A DNA stretch of 64,000 bases. Origin: Trichosphaerium sp. ATCC 40318 (taxonomy: Eukaryota > Protista > Tubulinea). The notes beneath the pieces were generated by a model, which saw nothing but the letters and a program-made list of their open reading frames with translations, did not search any database and was not told the origin of the DNA. Positions 40,265-53,572 of this stretch are shown here, one piece after another. Where the stretch lies: positions 372,001 to 436,000 of the forward strand of contig JALMLS010000507.1 of the NCBI GenBank assembly GCA_038496445.1. Reading direction: 5' to 3'. Each line of letters begins with the position of its first letter. Positions within the stretch are counted from its first letter, which is position 1. A program made the position numbers and the translations under genes.

Positions 40265-41830
40265 TTACTTCTTGTATGTTCTCTTAGCAGACTCAATTGT
40301 GTTTTGCAAGAGCATAGCAATCGTCATAGGTCCAACACCACCTAAATAGAGTGAGAACGAGCGATAAAAAGCGAAAACAAGATTAGGAAAGGTCTTGTTT
40401 TCTCTAAATACAAAAACAAGCAAAACAGGTCACAACGCACCAGGTACGGGTGTAATACGTCCAGCGGTTTCAATGGCGTTACCCGCTACGTCACCAACAA
40501 GTCTGTAGCCTCGTTTGGCCGTAGAGTCCGGAACAGAGTTAATACCAACGTCAAGTACAATAGCACCTTCTTTTAACCATTCTTTTTTGACCTAAAAGTC
40601 ATTTTAGCCAAAACATGTTAACTTGGACCGAGAATCAACGAGTTCACTAGTTTTTTTTTTATCATAATCGTACCATTTCAGGTTTGCCAATAGCTGCAAC
40701 GACAATGTCAGCTCGTTTTACTTTTTCTTCTATTTTTGGTGTGCGAGAATGGCATATTGTCACTGTGGCGTTCGCATTGTTTAAAAGTAGTGCCATTGGA
40801 ATACCAACGATGTTGCTAGCGGGTGTTAGTGACAAGAGAGCATTTTAGGCGTGTAAGATAACCAAGAGCTTTTTTTTTTCCAGATTTCTGAAAGTATTAT
40901 TATTTGATCAGAACGTACCTACGCCCCAACACTACTGCTTCTTTTCCAGATACTTCAATACCTTCACGCTTTAGTAGCTCCATACAACCTTTTGGTGTGC
41001 AAGAGGTAAATTGGGGATCTCTTCCTTTCATTGCTAGGTGACCAACATTCATGGGGTGAAAAGCGTCTACGTCCTTGTCGAAGGAAATACCTGAGTTCAA
41101 AAAGGTCACAAACGCGTCATAGCAAAATGTCATTTGAAAAATATTCAGAAAACAAATTTCAAATGCTGTTTGGGATTTGAGAAAAAGTGTTAAATTGTTA
41201 TGACAGGTAAGAATTGGAGGCGGTGTAATGGTGTACATACTATCTAACACTGTCTTTTCGTCAATATGATCTGGTAGTGGTAATTGTACGAGAATCCCTT
41301 ATGATGTTAGTTTACGCGTGTAAATGGCAAACGTACCATGTAAATCAGTGTTCTTGTTCCAATCCCGAACTAACAATGTGTAAACATCAATAGAGAGGCG
41401 CCACATTCAATGACGCACCTTGCGCTATTATCTCGTCTTGTGTTACGCTTGTAGCGTACTTCTTAAGCTCAAAGTGTACTCCTGTTTGCTTACAAGCTCT
41501 ACCTTTCATGCGAACGTATGTTGCAGAGTCTTTACGCTCGCCTACTAATACAACGCCAATACCAGGTGGCTTATTGCCTGTAACGCGTCAAAACGAATTG
41601 CTTATGGCGCCTGTACCATCAGCTACTATCTGTGTAACTTGTTCTTTCAGCTCGCGGCGTATTTGAGCTGCTATTGCTTTGCCGTCAATTAACTTGGATT
41701 TATTTGCAGTTGTTGCCATTTGTTGAGTTCGTTGGAAACGGTTTGTTTTTTGCTGGCAAATCTTGCTGTTTGACGAAAATCTATGTATTGTTTGAAGTCG
41801 CAATGCATACTTGGGCGTCATACATAGCAT
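40265..41830 (-). CDS. folD: Bifunctional methylenetetrahydrofolate dehydrogenase/cyclohydrolase (FolD-type); in-frame ATGs at 41830, 41821 and 41719
   Basis: [78 protein letters not shown]. Confidence 0.93.
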
Positions 41831-41970
41831 TGCAACGATCAAACAAGCAAAACAACGATAATTTGTTTTGCTAAGTCGCGAAATAAAACGTCAAGCCAAC
41901 CTGCAACGTCAGGTTTCGCGTGCCACGAATACAATAATGTTATTAGTCTAACTTGCCATACGTCAACAAC
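41831..41970. promoter_or_regulatory. Putative compact bidirectional promoter between divergent folD and GBF1
   Basis: Head-to-head starts only ~140 bp apart (41830 on -, 41971 on +). Confidence 0.45.
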
Positions 41971-44900
41971 ATGACACACAAGAACTCTACACACGTAATT
42001 CTTGGCGAGATACAGAATGTACTTTCTGCTATGCGGCTGAATTACCGCTGGTCTACCTCCAGAGTGCGTTATCATTTATCCAAGCAATTTTTGACAGGCT
42101 GCAGCAAACTGAAGAGCATCCATTGATGAATAAGCTGAAGACGCTTCTTGTTGAAGTGGAGTCACCCGTTAAAGGTATTTTTGATCAAACACGCAACTTT
42201 TTACCATTTTTACACTGTACAACGCTCAAGCCGTTCACAACGCTAACACTTATTAAGAGGGAGCTGAATTGGACCGAATGAAAATTTTGGAGCCATTTCT
42301 TGAGATAATTAAATCTGGTAACACTAGTACGTTGTCACTACGCTACGCGGAGTGTTTCCTAATATCAGAATTCACAAAAATGTTTTTACAGACGAACATG
42401 TAATTTTTCAGTCGTTCGGTTACGACGTCTTTGTTGAGTATTGACACTTCTCAAGGTGGTCCAATCACGGGTGTTGCGCTTGAAGCTTTGTACAAATTCT
42501 TGCTCTACGGCTTTCTAGAGCAAGGTGGACCGTTAGGAACACCCGAGTGCCTTATTGCTATAGCTTCAGCTGTAAAAGATTGCAGGTACGTCACCTCCAA
42601 TAGATCACGAGCTTGTATTTACGTTGTTTAAGATTTGCTGCAACTGATGCTGATCTCGATGAACTTGTACTTATGATGATCATGAGGTACAACTGATTCT
42701 TTGTTTTAATAGCTATTACTTATTTCAATGTAGAGTTTTACGCGAGTGCTTATCCTGTGCTCAAGGAGATTACTTGGGCGATGATCTAGTATTTGAAATG
42801 ACTCAAACAGCATTTAAGATGGCTATACAACTTCGTCTAAGCGTTTTGTTACGTAAAACTGCAGAAATGACACTTGTACACATGATACATTGGGTATTTA
42901 AAAAGCATGATAAAAAAGATGTTGAAGGAGGTATTACAGAACTTGTACAAACGGATCATATTAATTGGGGTTATAATAGGCTTCACAATAGCTTCTCCAC
43001 TTCGTTTATTTAGATTTATCTGCTCTACGATTGACCCAAGCAAGGAAGAAAATACAGTCACAATGCAGTCTCTTGGTCTGGTACCCACATTTTTTGCTTG
43101 TTTTCTTGTACGAAATTTCGTTGACACTCTTTTAGGTACTTGCGAATACTGTAATAGAAACGAGATATGATGTTATTCTATCTAATCCTGACCTACACGA
43201 ACTTGTCTGTCATGAGCTGTTTAAGTACTTATTGGAACTTTTACATACTGATAATATATCTATAATTACATTGGTCCTTCGTATTGCCTTTAACCTCTAC
43301 TCAACAATGGCGGAAGGCCTCAAATTCCAAATAGAATATTTCTTTAAGAATCTTATAGAGTTCTTTCATTCTGATGGTGTCCCTTTCCAGCACAAAGAAA
43401 TCGCTTTGGAGACCTTAGGTACATTTTTCAAACAAGAGTTTTTTTTTTCCCGAAGTCGCTACTTTTTTTTCTGATTGTTTTATAGTTTTATTCTGCCAGA
43501 AACCCGCATTTTTAAGCGACTTGTACATTAACTACGACTGCGATGTTAACCACAGTGACTTGATGGAGCTTATTGTAGACTTTCTTTTTAAAGTAAAGTG
43601 ATTTTAAAACCATTCCATCTCTTGCTAATGAAAAAAACGTAGAATTGCTATCCGAAGAGTGGACAGGTTAATTCTATCCATGTTCTTTGTCTTGACACTT
43701 TATTGGGCATTGTTAACTCAATGTGCGAACGTATAAATTTAATGAAAGATGGCGCTGTAACACGTACGTTTATTGACCACTAACTGATCACCATTTGTTT
43801 AATAATGGGTCTAGTTGATGCGCCACCTATAAGCGCAGACGAGCTCGCAAAGAAAAAGGCTGATAAAGTTCTGATGGAAGAGTTCATGACTGAGTTTGAT
43901 AAAAAGCAAGATAATGGACTAAAGTTCTTAGAAGGTTAGTTTACTAAGATTTAGCAACATGTCATTTACTTTCCATAGAAAAGAAGGTCATTGCATCTCC
44001 CTGGAACGCTGCAGAGATAGCAGCATTATTTCATAAAATAGGGCGTATTTCAAAGGTATAATTCCTTCTATTCTTTAATAATGATAACAATTGGTTTTTT
44101 TAATAGACTTCACTTGGAATGTTTCTGGGAAAACGTAAGGACTTTAATATGGAAGTAATGGCTGAGTTCGTAAAGAAACTAGACTACACGCTTCCTTTCC
44201 ATGATAATGTGCGACAATACATGGAGTCTTTTAGGTACCTATTTCATCAAGCCGAAACTTCGTTTACTAACAAAAATATCAAAAAGGGTTCCTGGTGAAG
44301 CTCAAGTAATGGAACGTATTATGGATATTTACTCTAAGGAATACATGGAACGGTGTCCTGATGTTTTCAAAACTTTAGATGATGCTTACCTCATTGCATT
44401 CTCAGTACCGTTTTTGAACACTCAGTTGTATCATCCACAAGTACGTTTCTGCTCTTTTGCATTCTTTTCGTCTTTCTGAGGTATTCTGACTCTAGCTCTA
44501 GATTAGAGACAAGGATAGGCTGACTAGACGCCAATACAAAAAGAGTATGGGTGGGCGAGGACTTACTGATGAGTTTTTGGATGCCATCTACGATGATGTT
44601 GCAACATACGAGATTACTGTACCTGAAGAAAACCTAATTCTATCTCAAGGTACTCTTTTTTTTGTTTTTTTGTTGTATGTCCTCTGTTTGCCTAATCGTT
44701 CTTCTTTAGAAGGTGTAACACGCCAAAAAATGTACAGTGCTTGGCGTAGTCTATACAGGAAATCTCAGAGAAACCCTTACCCAGTGTTGAAGTATGCTAA
44801 AGTGTAATTGAATGCCTCCATTTAACTGTTTTTTTAAAAGGTCAACACCTGGTCATTACGATAAACTCATTTTTGGACAGTTCTGGACGCGAGTCAACAC

Positions 44901-47453
44901 AGCCCTAGCTGCCGTTTTTAGTGCAACAATGGATCAGAGCATTCAGGAGAATGTCATGTCTACTGTGTACACAACTGCATTCGTCTCTTCGCACTTCCAC
45001 TACACAGAAGCATTTGATAACCTTGTGTCGAATATATGTGACCTTTCAGAGATATTAACTACAAGCCCAGACAACTTTATCTTCAGCTTTGCGCAGAACA
45101 GAAAAGCACAGCTTGCAGCTATTTCTTTATTTACACTTGCTCGCCAATACGGACAATGTATGAGTACAGGATGGGAGAGCATTGTCAAATGTATTGTTAT
45201 GCTACATGACGCTCAATTACTCCCTAAAGGCGTGTTCCAATACAAAGTCCTACTCAATGAAAGAACCTACCAAGGACAAGAAGGAGGTACGTGTCAAATT
45301 TCTTGTGTTGGTTGCAATCACTAAGTTGTTTTAAAAAGGTGGTTGGTTTGGTAGCATCTTTGGAATGTTTGAGGATAAGACTATGCTAGAAAAGACTCAA
45401 AAGACAATAGAGGAGTGCAATATACCTGCATTGATAAAGTCGACAGCTTCTGTTCCTGTCGCAGCGCTGAATACTTTACTGGGTTACCTAATCAATTTGT
45501 CTTCACTTACTAAAAAGTACGTACAAGTTTCACTCTATTGCTTCTTTGTTGTTTATTGTTTTAATAGTAGAGTTACACAACACGCAATATCCAGAGCATT
45601 GTTAGCACTTAACTTGATAACACAGATTGCGTTACACAATGAACGTCGTGCATCTATTGTTTGGAGTAAGATTGGAAACCACCTTGTTAACATAGCCCTA
45701 GACAACACTTCTAAAGGTATCATTGCTTTTTAAATTGATTACCTGTGTTCTAATAGTTATCAGATTTGTCAATGGCAGCTCTAGGAGATCTAATGGTGCT
45801 CATGGGCAGGCTAAAGGTATTAAAGCTCGAACGAAACGCAACTGCTTCTACGTTTTGTACTCATTCAGTCTCGTTAGGGATCTGGCCTAGCTGGTGAGAT
45901 GATGACATCATTTAAACGTCTTCTCGAAAAAGCTGTTCGTCAACGTCTTGCTAAGTGTAGAACTGAAATCATATCTACCATCACAAAGTTTGTTGAGAAC
46001 AATGCAGTTTACATTGAGTACGTCTTTGCTGACTTTTAAGTTCATTAATTTCTCTTCGATTTTCTTTTATTTAATCAGTTTACTGATTACCTATAGCGTT
46101 CCAGAACACTGGCAGCGTCTTGCTGATATAATTGCTATTATGCTTCAAATCAAAGGTGTTCTTCCTCTTGCTCTAAAAGCAATAAGTTTTATTGTCTGTC
46201 CTGAAGATCGTGCTGAGAAAGAATCAGAAGAACCTACAGAAAAAAGCTCTACTTCTAATACTACGACTTATCTTTCAAGAAATAATTTCAATGTTATGTT
46301 AGCGCTACTTCTTGCGTTTGCTAAACATGAACATTGTACAGCAGAAGTCACAGAAGAAGTCATAAAATTAATAACACAGTTGGCAGTATGTGTTCCTGTA
46401 TTCGTTCAAAAACAAAACGCTGATACGCCTGACTCAGCAGGAGCTAATAAGGGTATACCTAAACAAACCAAGTCCAACTGAGAACTAATTTTTTCTTCAG
46501 AAATCACACAATATTGGCTCAAGATATTTGTTGCTATTTCGAAGCTTGCACAAGGATCTCAAGGATTTACAAGATCCCTTTCAATTAGTGCCCTAGAGAA
46601 GAATATTCTAGCAAGTGATTTGAAGATACTTACGTCAAGCGACTGGGCTTACTTAATTGAGAATGTACGAGACAAATGTTCCCGAATTACATTGACTTTA
46701 TTGACACTGTTTTAGGTGTATTTGCCTTTCTCTGAGAAATTCATGGAAGCAAATACTACAAAGTCATCTGCGGAGGCAGTGGATGAAACTAGATTACGCG
46801 CTATACGTTTAGTCACAAAGACATTTTTGCAGTACGTGAAAACCAAGTAGTTTTCTGGTTTCCTATTTTCAGTGAAAATCCGCTCTCAATGAGTCTACTT
46901 TATGCTCTTGTTCTCAAAATACTGTCTTTTTGGCCCGGAGAACGCTGGTTGTTGTACAAATTAAACACAAGGGTCTGTGGCTTAATGGTATGGCAATTGG
47001 TCGCAATCCAATCGGTTGCTGGTTCGAATCCAGTCAGGCCCTTTCATTTTTCTTGAGCTGATTTTTGCATGAAACCCTTTGCTCTTTGTTTATCCGCTTT
47101 TAGATACATGTCTGTTATCGTTGCGTACGATAATTTTAACGAACTTTGGCTCAAGATTTTGACATTCTTGGAGACTTTTCACAAGGCAGCAAGTTTGGTA
47201 TGTTGAAATTACGATGAAAGCTTTCATTTTGTTACTCATGTATTCATTGTTTCTAATTGGTTGTATTTTTTAGGCCGAAGCTATTACAGAGTTACTAAAG
47301 AATGTATTATTTGTTATGCAATCAGAAGGCGTATTAAAAGACCCAACAAAGGCTTCTCTTAATCCAAGAGAGACTGCTCTATGGAAAATTACTTGGGAAA
47401 AGTTGGATACTTTTTGTCCTACACTTAAAAAGCAAGTTGAAGCACTAGTGTGA
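41971..47453 (+). CDS. GBF1: Large ARF guanine-nucleotide exchange factor, GBF1/GNOM class (DCB-HUS-Sec7-HDS)
   Basis: GEIQNVLSAMRLNYRW, PFLEIIKSGNTSGPITGVAL, HUS box YINYDCD, Sec7 Glu finger FRVPGEAQVMERIM, EAITELLKNVLFVM; stop TGA 47453. Confidence 0.9.
46971..47042 (+). tRNA. trnC-GCA: tRNA-Cys(GCA) inside a GBF1 intron (46832-47103), with atypical C33
   Basis: Acceptor stem GGGTCTG/CAGGCCC with U73 discriminator; A-box TGGCTTAATGG; anticodon stem ATTGG/CCAAT around loop TC-GCA-AT; T-arm GCTGG-TTCGAAT-CCAGT; followed by a T-run terminator. Confidence 0.88.
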
Positions 47454-47717
47454 GAAGAAGAAACGAGGACCTATTTTAAATAAGTATTTCAATCAAAAAA
47501 TAAAAAATTTAATTCAAAATCTCAATATTTTCTTGTAAGTTTGAGACGAACTCTCCACCAGTCTCTGTATGGCGTGTAAAAGCCAAATGCATGAATATTA
47601 AAATAAGTTAAACCGTGTACCAGCGCGAGATTGTGATAGTGGCACTGTTTCCTGTGAAAATGCGGCACGCGATAGCTATTATTTGATACACATAGAGGAA
47701 TGTTGTATAACATGTTA

Positions 47718-50114
47718 CTATGCTTCTTGGTGTTCAGTTTTGTAGTTGCCACCACATTTCAGACACCAGCGACAATAGTTACTCCAGCTACAATTAGAAC
47801 ACCAGCCACACTATTTGGAGAAAACTAGGCAATAATCTATAGTCACAAGGAGATTGCTTTGTAGCAATTCATTATACTATGAAACATCCAAATAAACTGT
47901 TCAACTTTGTAGAGTGTGATACTAGGCGTTGTCGAACTTTTTTTAATTTTGTACATATTTGGGTCTATCCTACAGGCATCGCCTTGGCTTCGTCTATTAG
48001 TGCCTTCTCCCTTTTTGTTGCCTTTGCTGCTAAAGCATCGATTTTATCATCGTATTGACTGTGGGCATTGTCTATAGTTTCTTGCTTCTTCTTATCTGCG
48101 GCGTTCTTTAATTGCCTCTTTTTCTGGTTACATTCTTTCATCTTATCTTCTTTGGCTCGCTTAGCATTTTTTTCCACATCACCAAATACCCAGTATGTGT
48201 CAATGGTTGTCCTATAAAACAGTTAGTAACAGTGAGACAAACACTCAAATACAGAACTCTGAGAAAAATCCAAGAAACCACTGCGTACAATGAGATGCCT
48301 TTAAAACCATTACACTTCAGGCACCGGTTTACACCATATTTACTTTCCCTGCATGGATTGCGTGTACAATATGTATGAAAGCACTCAGCACAAACATAAC
48401 AGCCACAACCGCCTGTATTACATCTAAACGCGAATCAGATACGCCAGAAGTCAAAACAAATTACATACCCTCTGCATGTTGTCATACAACTTGATTTCAT
48501 GTTACTTCTCCAAGCGGCTACTATATCATCATATGCTTTATCGGCCTCTTTTGACGCTCTTCTACAGAGGTCGTTGTATGCATCATAAGCTTTGTCTGCA
48601 TCGCTAATCTCGCTATCTCTTTGACTAACTGTAGAATTATGTTCCCTCCAAGCTATACCATGAGCAGCCTTCTCTGCTGCGTGTGCTTTTGCAAAGTTTA
48701 CAACAGCGCAATGAAGGTATACTTGTGGAGGCACCGTTGCCTCACCTGGAAATACAATCTTTTTGTGATATGACAACACTGTGTTTATGTTTTGTGCTGT
48801 CCAGCTAACCAATAGTTAGATATCTAAACTAATTGTGTCACGTGACCGTACGTTCTAGTTTCATCATTCCAATCGTATTTTATTGTGGTACCTGAAGATG
48901 TGCTCAAACTGCCACTGTTATCGTTTGTAAAACTCCTGTGTGCTCCTTGTAATGAAATGTTCATGAGTTTGTCATCTACGCTTAAAGTGTATGATGTTCC
49001 AGCTTGATGTCCTTTATTACATTTTAGTGTTTTGCCATCAAAGTCCCAGTCATTTCCACCTACAGAAAGCTTTCCAACACTACCACTGTAAGTAACGAAC
49101 AATAGAAGTCAAACAAGCCAAAAGAGGTAGAAGAACATACGGTGGATTTTCGAATTGGAACTTTGCTTTAAACTCGTTCCATCTTGCAATCCTCTCAAGA
49201 CGCTCTTTTTCTGCCTGGATGCGTCTTTCTTCTGCCTCTTTTTCTTTTCTTATTCTCTCTGCTTCCTTTTTTTTTGCGTTGACAAGTGCCTTGTCAACAA
49301 TATTTGGTGCATCCCTCATTCTATCTATAATTGCTTGGATATCCATTCTTGATCTCCAACTCGATATCCAACGGAACCAGTTTCTTATAATTGCATCACA
49401 ATTTGGGTAATCTGGGTCTATTTTTATATGTAGCGTTGATTGATTTGCTGTTGATATAATAAGGTGTCCAGGAACAGGTGAAAAAACTTTGGTAAAAGTT
49501 CTAAAAAAAGAACACTAGTGTCAACATTTACAGGCTTTAAGACTGTTCTATACCTTAGCGTAGCGAGTCCTATAATCTTAGCAGTAGGTTCGTCGCTTGA
49601 ATACCTACAAAGGATTTAATATTATCACAAAGTAACGGAGAAAAAACAAACAGAAAACATTTTCTGTCTTTAGGTTAAAAGTGTCTTACCATAAAACAAC
49701 GCCTGGAACGGCACGCACATAACCTACTTGCCAACCAGCTTGACCAGAAACATAAGCGCCGTTTACATAAAACCATGCATGTAAGTGCGTGGAGTTAACG
49801 ACTTCTGGTGTCAATTGTTTATAGAGGTATTGATACCACTCTTCTCCTTGTAATTTTGACATTTGTGACTGTTTAGCACTTGCAGCGGCATTTTGCGCTT
49901 GTTTTCCTGCTTTAACAAGGAATTTCTTGCCTTTAGAGAAGCCTTTAAGTGCTTTTTGCTTTGATCCTTTTACTTTAAACTTTTTCTTTTTCTTTGGTTG
50001 CTCGTTCTTCGATTTCTCTAGCTCCTTCTTCTCTGCTGCTTCTTGTTTCGCCCTTTGTTTAGCTTCTTTCTTTATAGCGGCTTTTTCAGCTTCTGTTTGA
50101 GGTCTTACGTCCAT
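47718..50114 (-). CDS. Hypothetical protein: Lys-rich N-terminus, PH-like region, coiled coils and two Cys-rich putative zinc-binding motifs
   Basis: Multi-exon; CMTTCRGGCGCYVCAECFHTYC...RCLKCNG. A probable last exon CGWCSNCSWSNYCRWCLKCGG...* ends at 47718; the alternative end is 47965 if the last intron is not spliced. Confidence 0.55.
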
Positions 50115-50541
50115 TTTGTTTGTGTTTTGTCTCTATAGTAGAGCTGCTTCTTTATTATGAATTATTAATGGAGATTAATGTATTTCAGTGCACTCAGCAG
50201 AAAGTACAGGAGATTTACCTAAAATAGACGTAAAACTCTCAAGAATGACAACGTGGATCGGTGAAACAATCTCTCTACTGTAGGAAATTACTTCTAAGTG
50301 TATCTTACGCATTAATACGCGTTTGAAAAGAAATAATGTCAGAATGTTTGAATTCAGTTTAGGAATTGTAGAACGTACTCTACACAGCCTGTATACATCT
50401 TAGCAATCATAATGTAGGCTTCATGAGAGTTCGCTACATTCTTGCGTAAACTAGCGTTTCACAGAAACTCCGTTTTCTGGTTTTTTAAACCTCTCGTAAA
50501 ACGAATCCAAAGCAAGCATCTCATACCTTAGGATATATACA

Positions 50542-51238
50542 ATGAGTTCTAAGTTCGCTAGACTTGATAGACAACTCGGAAGACAGCTTGTAGGCGAAAA
50601 GAAGCTAGTTAACACAGATAAGAGCACAGAGGACTTTGTAATGGCGAAAGTGACTGTAATAAAGGCTTCAAACTTAAAAGCCGCAAATTCTAATGGAACA
50701 TCTGATCCCTACGTACGATGCTTCTCAAAGCATCTAAAAGCGGTTGGAGCGACAGTAAAAACACCGGTACGCCTAAATATGAGCTATTTTGAGAACAATC
50801 GAGCCATAAAACGAACTTAAAACAAATTTAGGTGGCAGCAAAAACAGTGAATCCAGAATGGGGAGTTTCGTGGCAAATTACAATAAGTGAATCGTGTCCA
50901 CTAATTTTTGAAGTATGGCACAAGGTATGTTGAGTGTTAAGGATATCACTTGTGTTAAAAGTTGATGGCTTATCTTATTGTTTAAGGATAAAGCTGGTAT
51001 CAAAGAGTGTCTAGGATATGCGGAGCTGCCTTACAAAAAAGGACACAATAGTTACAAGCTAGGGCTAGGTCCAAGAACGGATATCATAGGCGCACAAGAG
51101 GATTTTCTTATTAAAGGTGACCTGGAAGTTGAAATTCAGACTTTTGACGATGATGAGTATCCATGGGTTACTCAAGATCTTAGAGATAAATTAGATAAGT
51201 TTAAGATAAATATTAATTACATTGGTCTTGGCGTGTAA
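50542..51238 (+). CDS. C2-domain protein
   Basis: VTVIKASNLKAANSNGTSDPYV, KTVNPEW, LIFEVWHKD, CLGYAEL. Confidence 0.8.
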
Positions 51239-51588
51239 ATAAATATATTTGTAATTATATTAATGAGCTCCAGCGTTTGGAAGATAGTATGTCTTTCCAT
51301 TTACCAGGATTGAATCAACTTGGCTCTATGTACTTGGCCATAAACTGTAATAACAGCACTTCAAAACAGCATGTGACAAAAGTAAAAGTCGTGTACTGTC
51401 CTCGGCCGGCAACAGATCATTGCAATCACGGTGGAATGCTGCTGTGCGTCTATTAATGCTAGATCAACTATCGAGAGGTTAAGTTTGTTTTTATTAAGTC
51501 AACCACGTGCACATGACTAAAAACGTGCACTTTGCTTTATCTACCCCAATACCGTACTAGACTTTGAACAACGTTTGAATATTACCTA

Positions 51589-52996
51589 ATGCTTCAATCT
51601 TCAGGGTAAGCCTTGTGCTCCATAAATTAACTTGCTTTGCCGCTCAATTAAACGAACTCTATAAGTACTACTACCCGCGCTCATAGTTTACGTAGGCCAT
51701 TAGAATTGCTTGACATGCCAACAGAAATTATAGTTTGTATTCTGGCGTCATTGGGCAAGAAAAGCCGTATATCTGCAATGGTTGTTTGTAAACTCTTTTC
51801 TGCCATCATTTTAAATCACTTGGGGTTTTTGAAGGTGACTGTCAAGTCAAGAGACGATATTTTAAAACTAAATGGAAGTCCCCTTTTACAAAATACTGAA
51901 GTAATTATTAACTGTGTTACACTAACCGAGGATGACTTTAAAAATATCTCTGGAGTCCGTCACCTTAAAATAAATGATGTAATGTCATTAACAGATGCAA
52001 TGTTAGAACATATCAGGAGTACGTCGCCTTGCACTACATATAGATATCAGATCAAAATATTTTACTGGATTTAAATCACTTAATGGCATTCATACCCTAG
52101 ATATATCAAATGGATATTTAAAAGATGAATGGCTCCAACAACTTGGTGGTATTCACACCATTGATATTTCAAACACAGATGTAACAGATAAGGGACTTGC
52201 GGCACTCTCTGGAGTTCACACTATTAACATATCAGAGTGTTTCGGAATCACAGACAAAGGTGTTATTGCCATTTCTCATAAGGTACAGAAGATACAGCTT
52301 GACATATGTAATATTACAGATAAAACTGTGAAAGCACTTATAAATGCAAGTGAAATATCTTTTAGCAACTGTTACAATATTACAGATGAAGGAGTAACGT
52401 ACCTGTTGACACAAAATCAAACAACAAAAAAGATAACCAAAATCATACTTGATGGCTGCACGCAAATCTCAAATGAAACACTAAAACTATTGGCTGGTAT
52501 ACCTTGTATAGAACTTAATAATTGTACACAATTGAAAGATGACACTTTATCATGCTTAGCAGGTGTATATCATATTGACTTGAGTGGTTGTAGATCAGTA
52601 ACAAATGACGGGATAAAACAATTGGCAGGTGTAAAACTGATTAATATTTCTGGGCTTGATTGTGTTGATGATAGTACTTTAAAGGCACTTGCTGGAGTAC
52701 ATGCCATTATTCTCAATAGTACATCTGTGACAGATAAAGGTTTGCAATATTTGGTTGGTGTTAAAGTAATAAGCCTTTGTTTTTGTCGTAACATAACAGA
52801 CAAAGGAGTGAGCAGTCTTGTTGGTGTTAAGAAAATATCTTTAAAATCCTGTGAACAAATCACTGATGACGGTGTCAGAAATTTAACAAGCCTTGTAGAA
52901 ATTTGTTATTTTAGAACTAAAATTACAAAGAAACTGGTTGATTGTCTAGGGTGCAAAATAATGCGCTACTATTGGCATGATATGATGTTTGTTTGA
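51589..52996 (+). CDS. F-box protein with ~22-aa leucine-rich repeats
   Basis: LLDMPTEIIVCILASL...AMVVCKLF (F-box); repeats of L.GV..I.LS.C..ITD.G. Confidence 0.8.
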
Positions 52997-53572
52997 AATA
53001 AACCACTTTTATTACGTTGCCTTTTTGTTTTCACGTTTTTCATATTCGAATACTAAACATGCAGGAGTTAGAAGAGGCAGCGCTTGCTACTCTGACTTAG
53101 TGCAAGCTCCGTTTTACATGAATGCGGATCAAAACAAACAACACTCTGTTCAAGCTTAGTGCGTAAAATGTCGATACAGCACCAAAGTACATGTTCAAGT
53201 TTTTCAAGCCTTACTAGGTGTATTTCTTGAACGCAAGTTTTTTGTGAGTACGAAACGCTGCCTTGGTTGCACTTACTTTAAGCGCATATAAAACTTCTTG
53301 CCAGCCTGGGTTCTGCCATTTATAAACCAATCTCCCGAGAACAAAACGAAATACCTCACTTAAAGCTGAGACACAAAACGCTAGCAACACGCTATCTTGA
53401 AGAGGGAATCAATTGAATAATTATCCTATAATAACCACCCATTATAGGCGTTAGTGGAATCTTATTGGAGCACAGATTCAAGTTACTTAAAAGGCTAAAC
53501 TGACGTAGCAAAATCAGTGAGCAATTGAACTGCAAGAAAATCATAAGAATTACACGATGAAACTCTTTTTTT

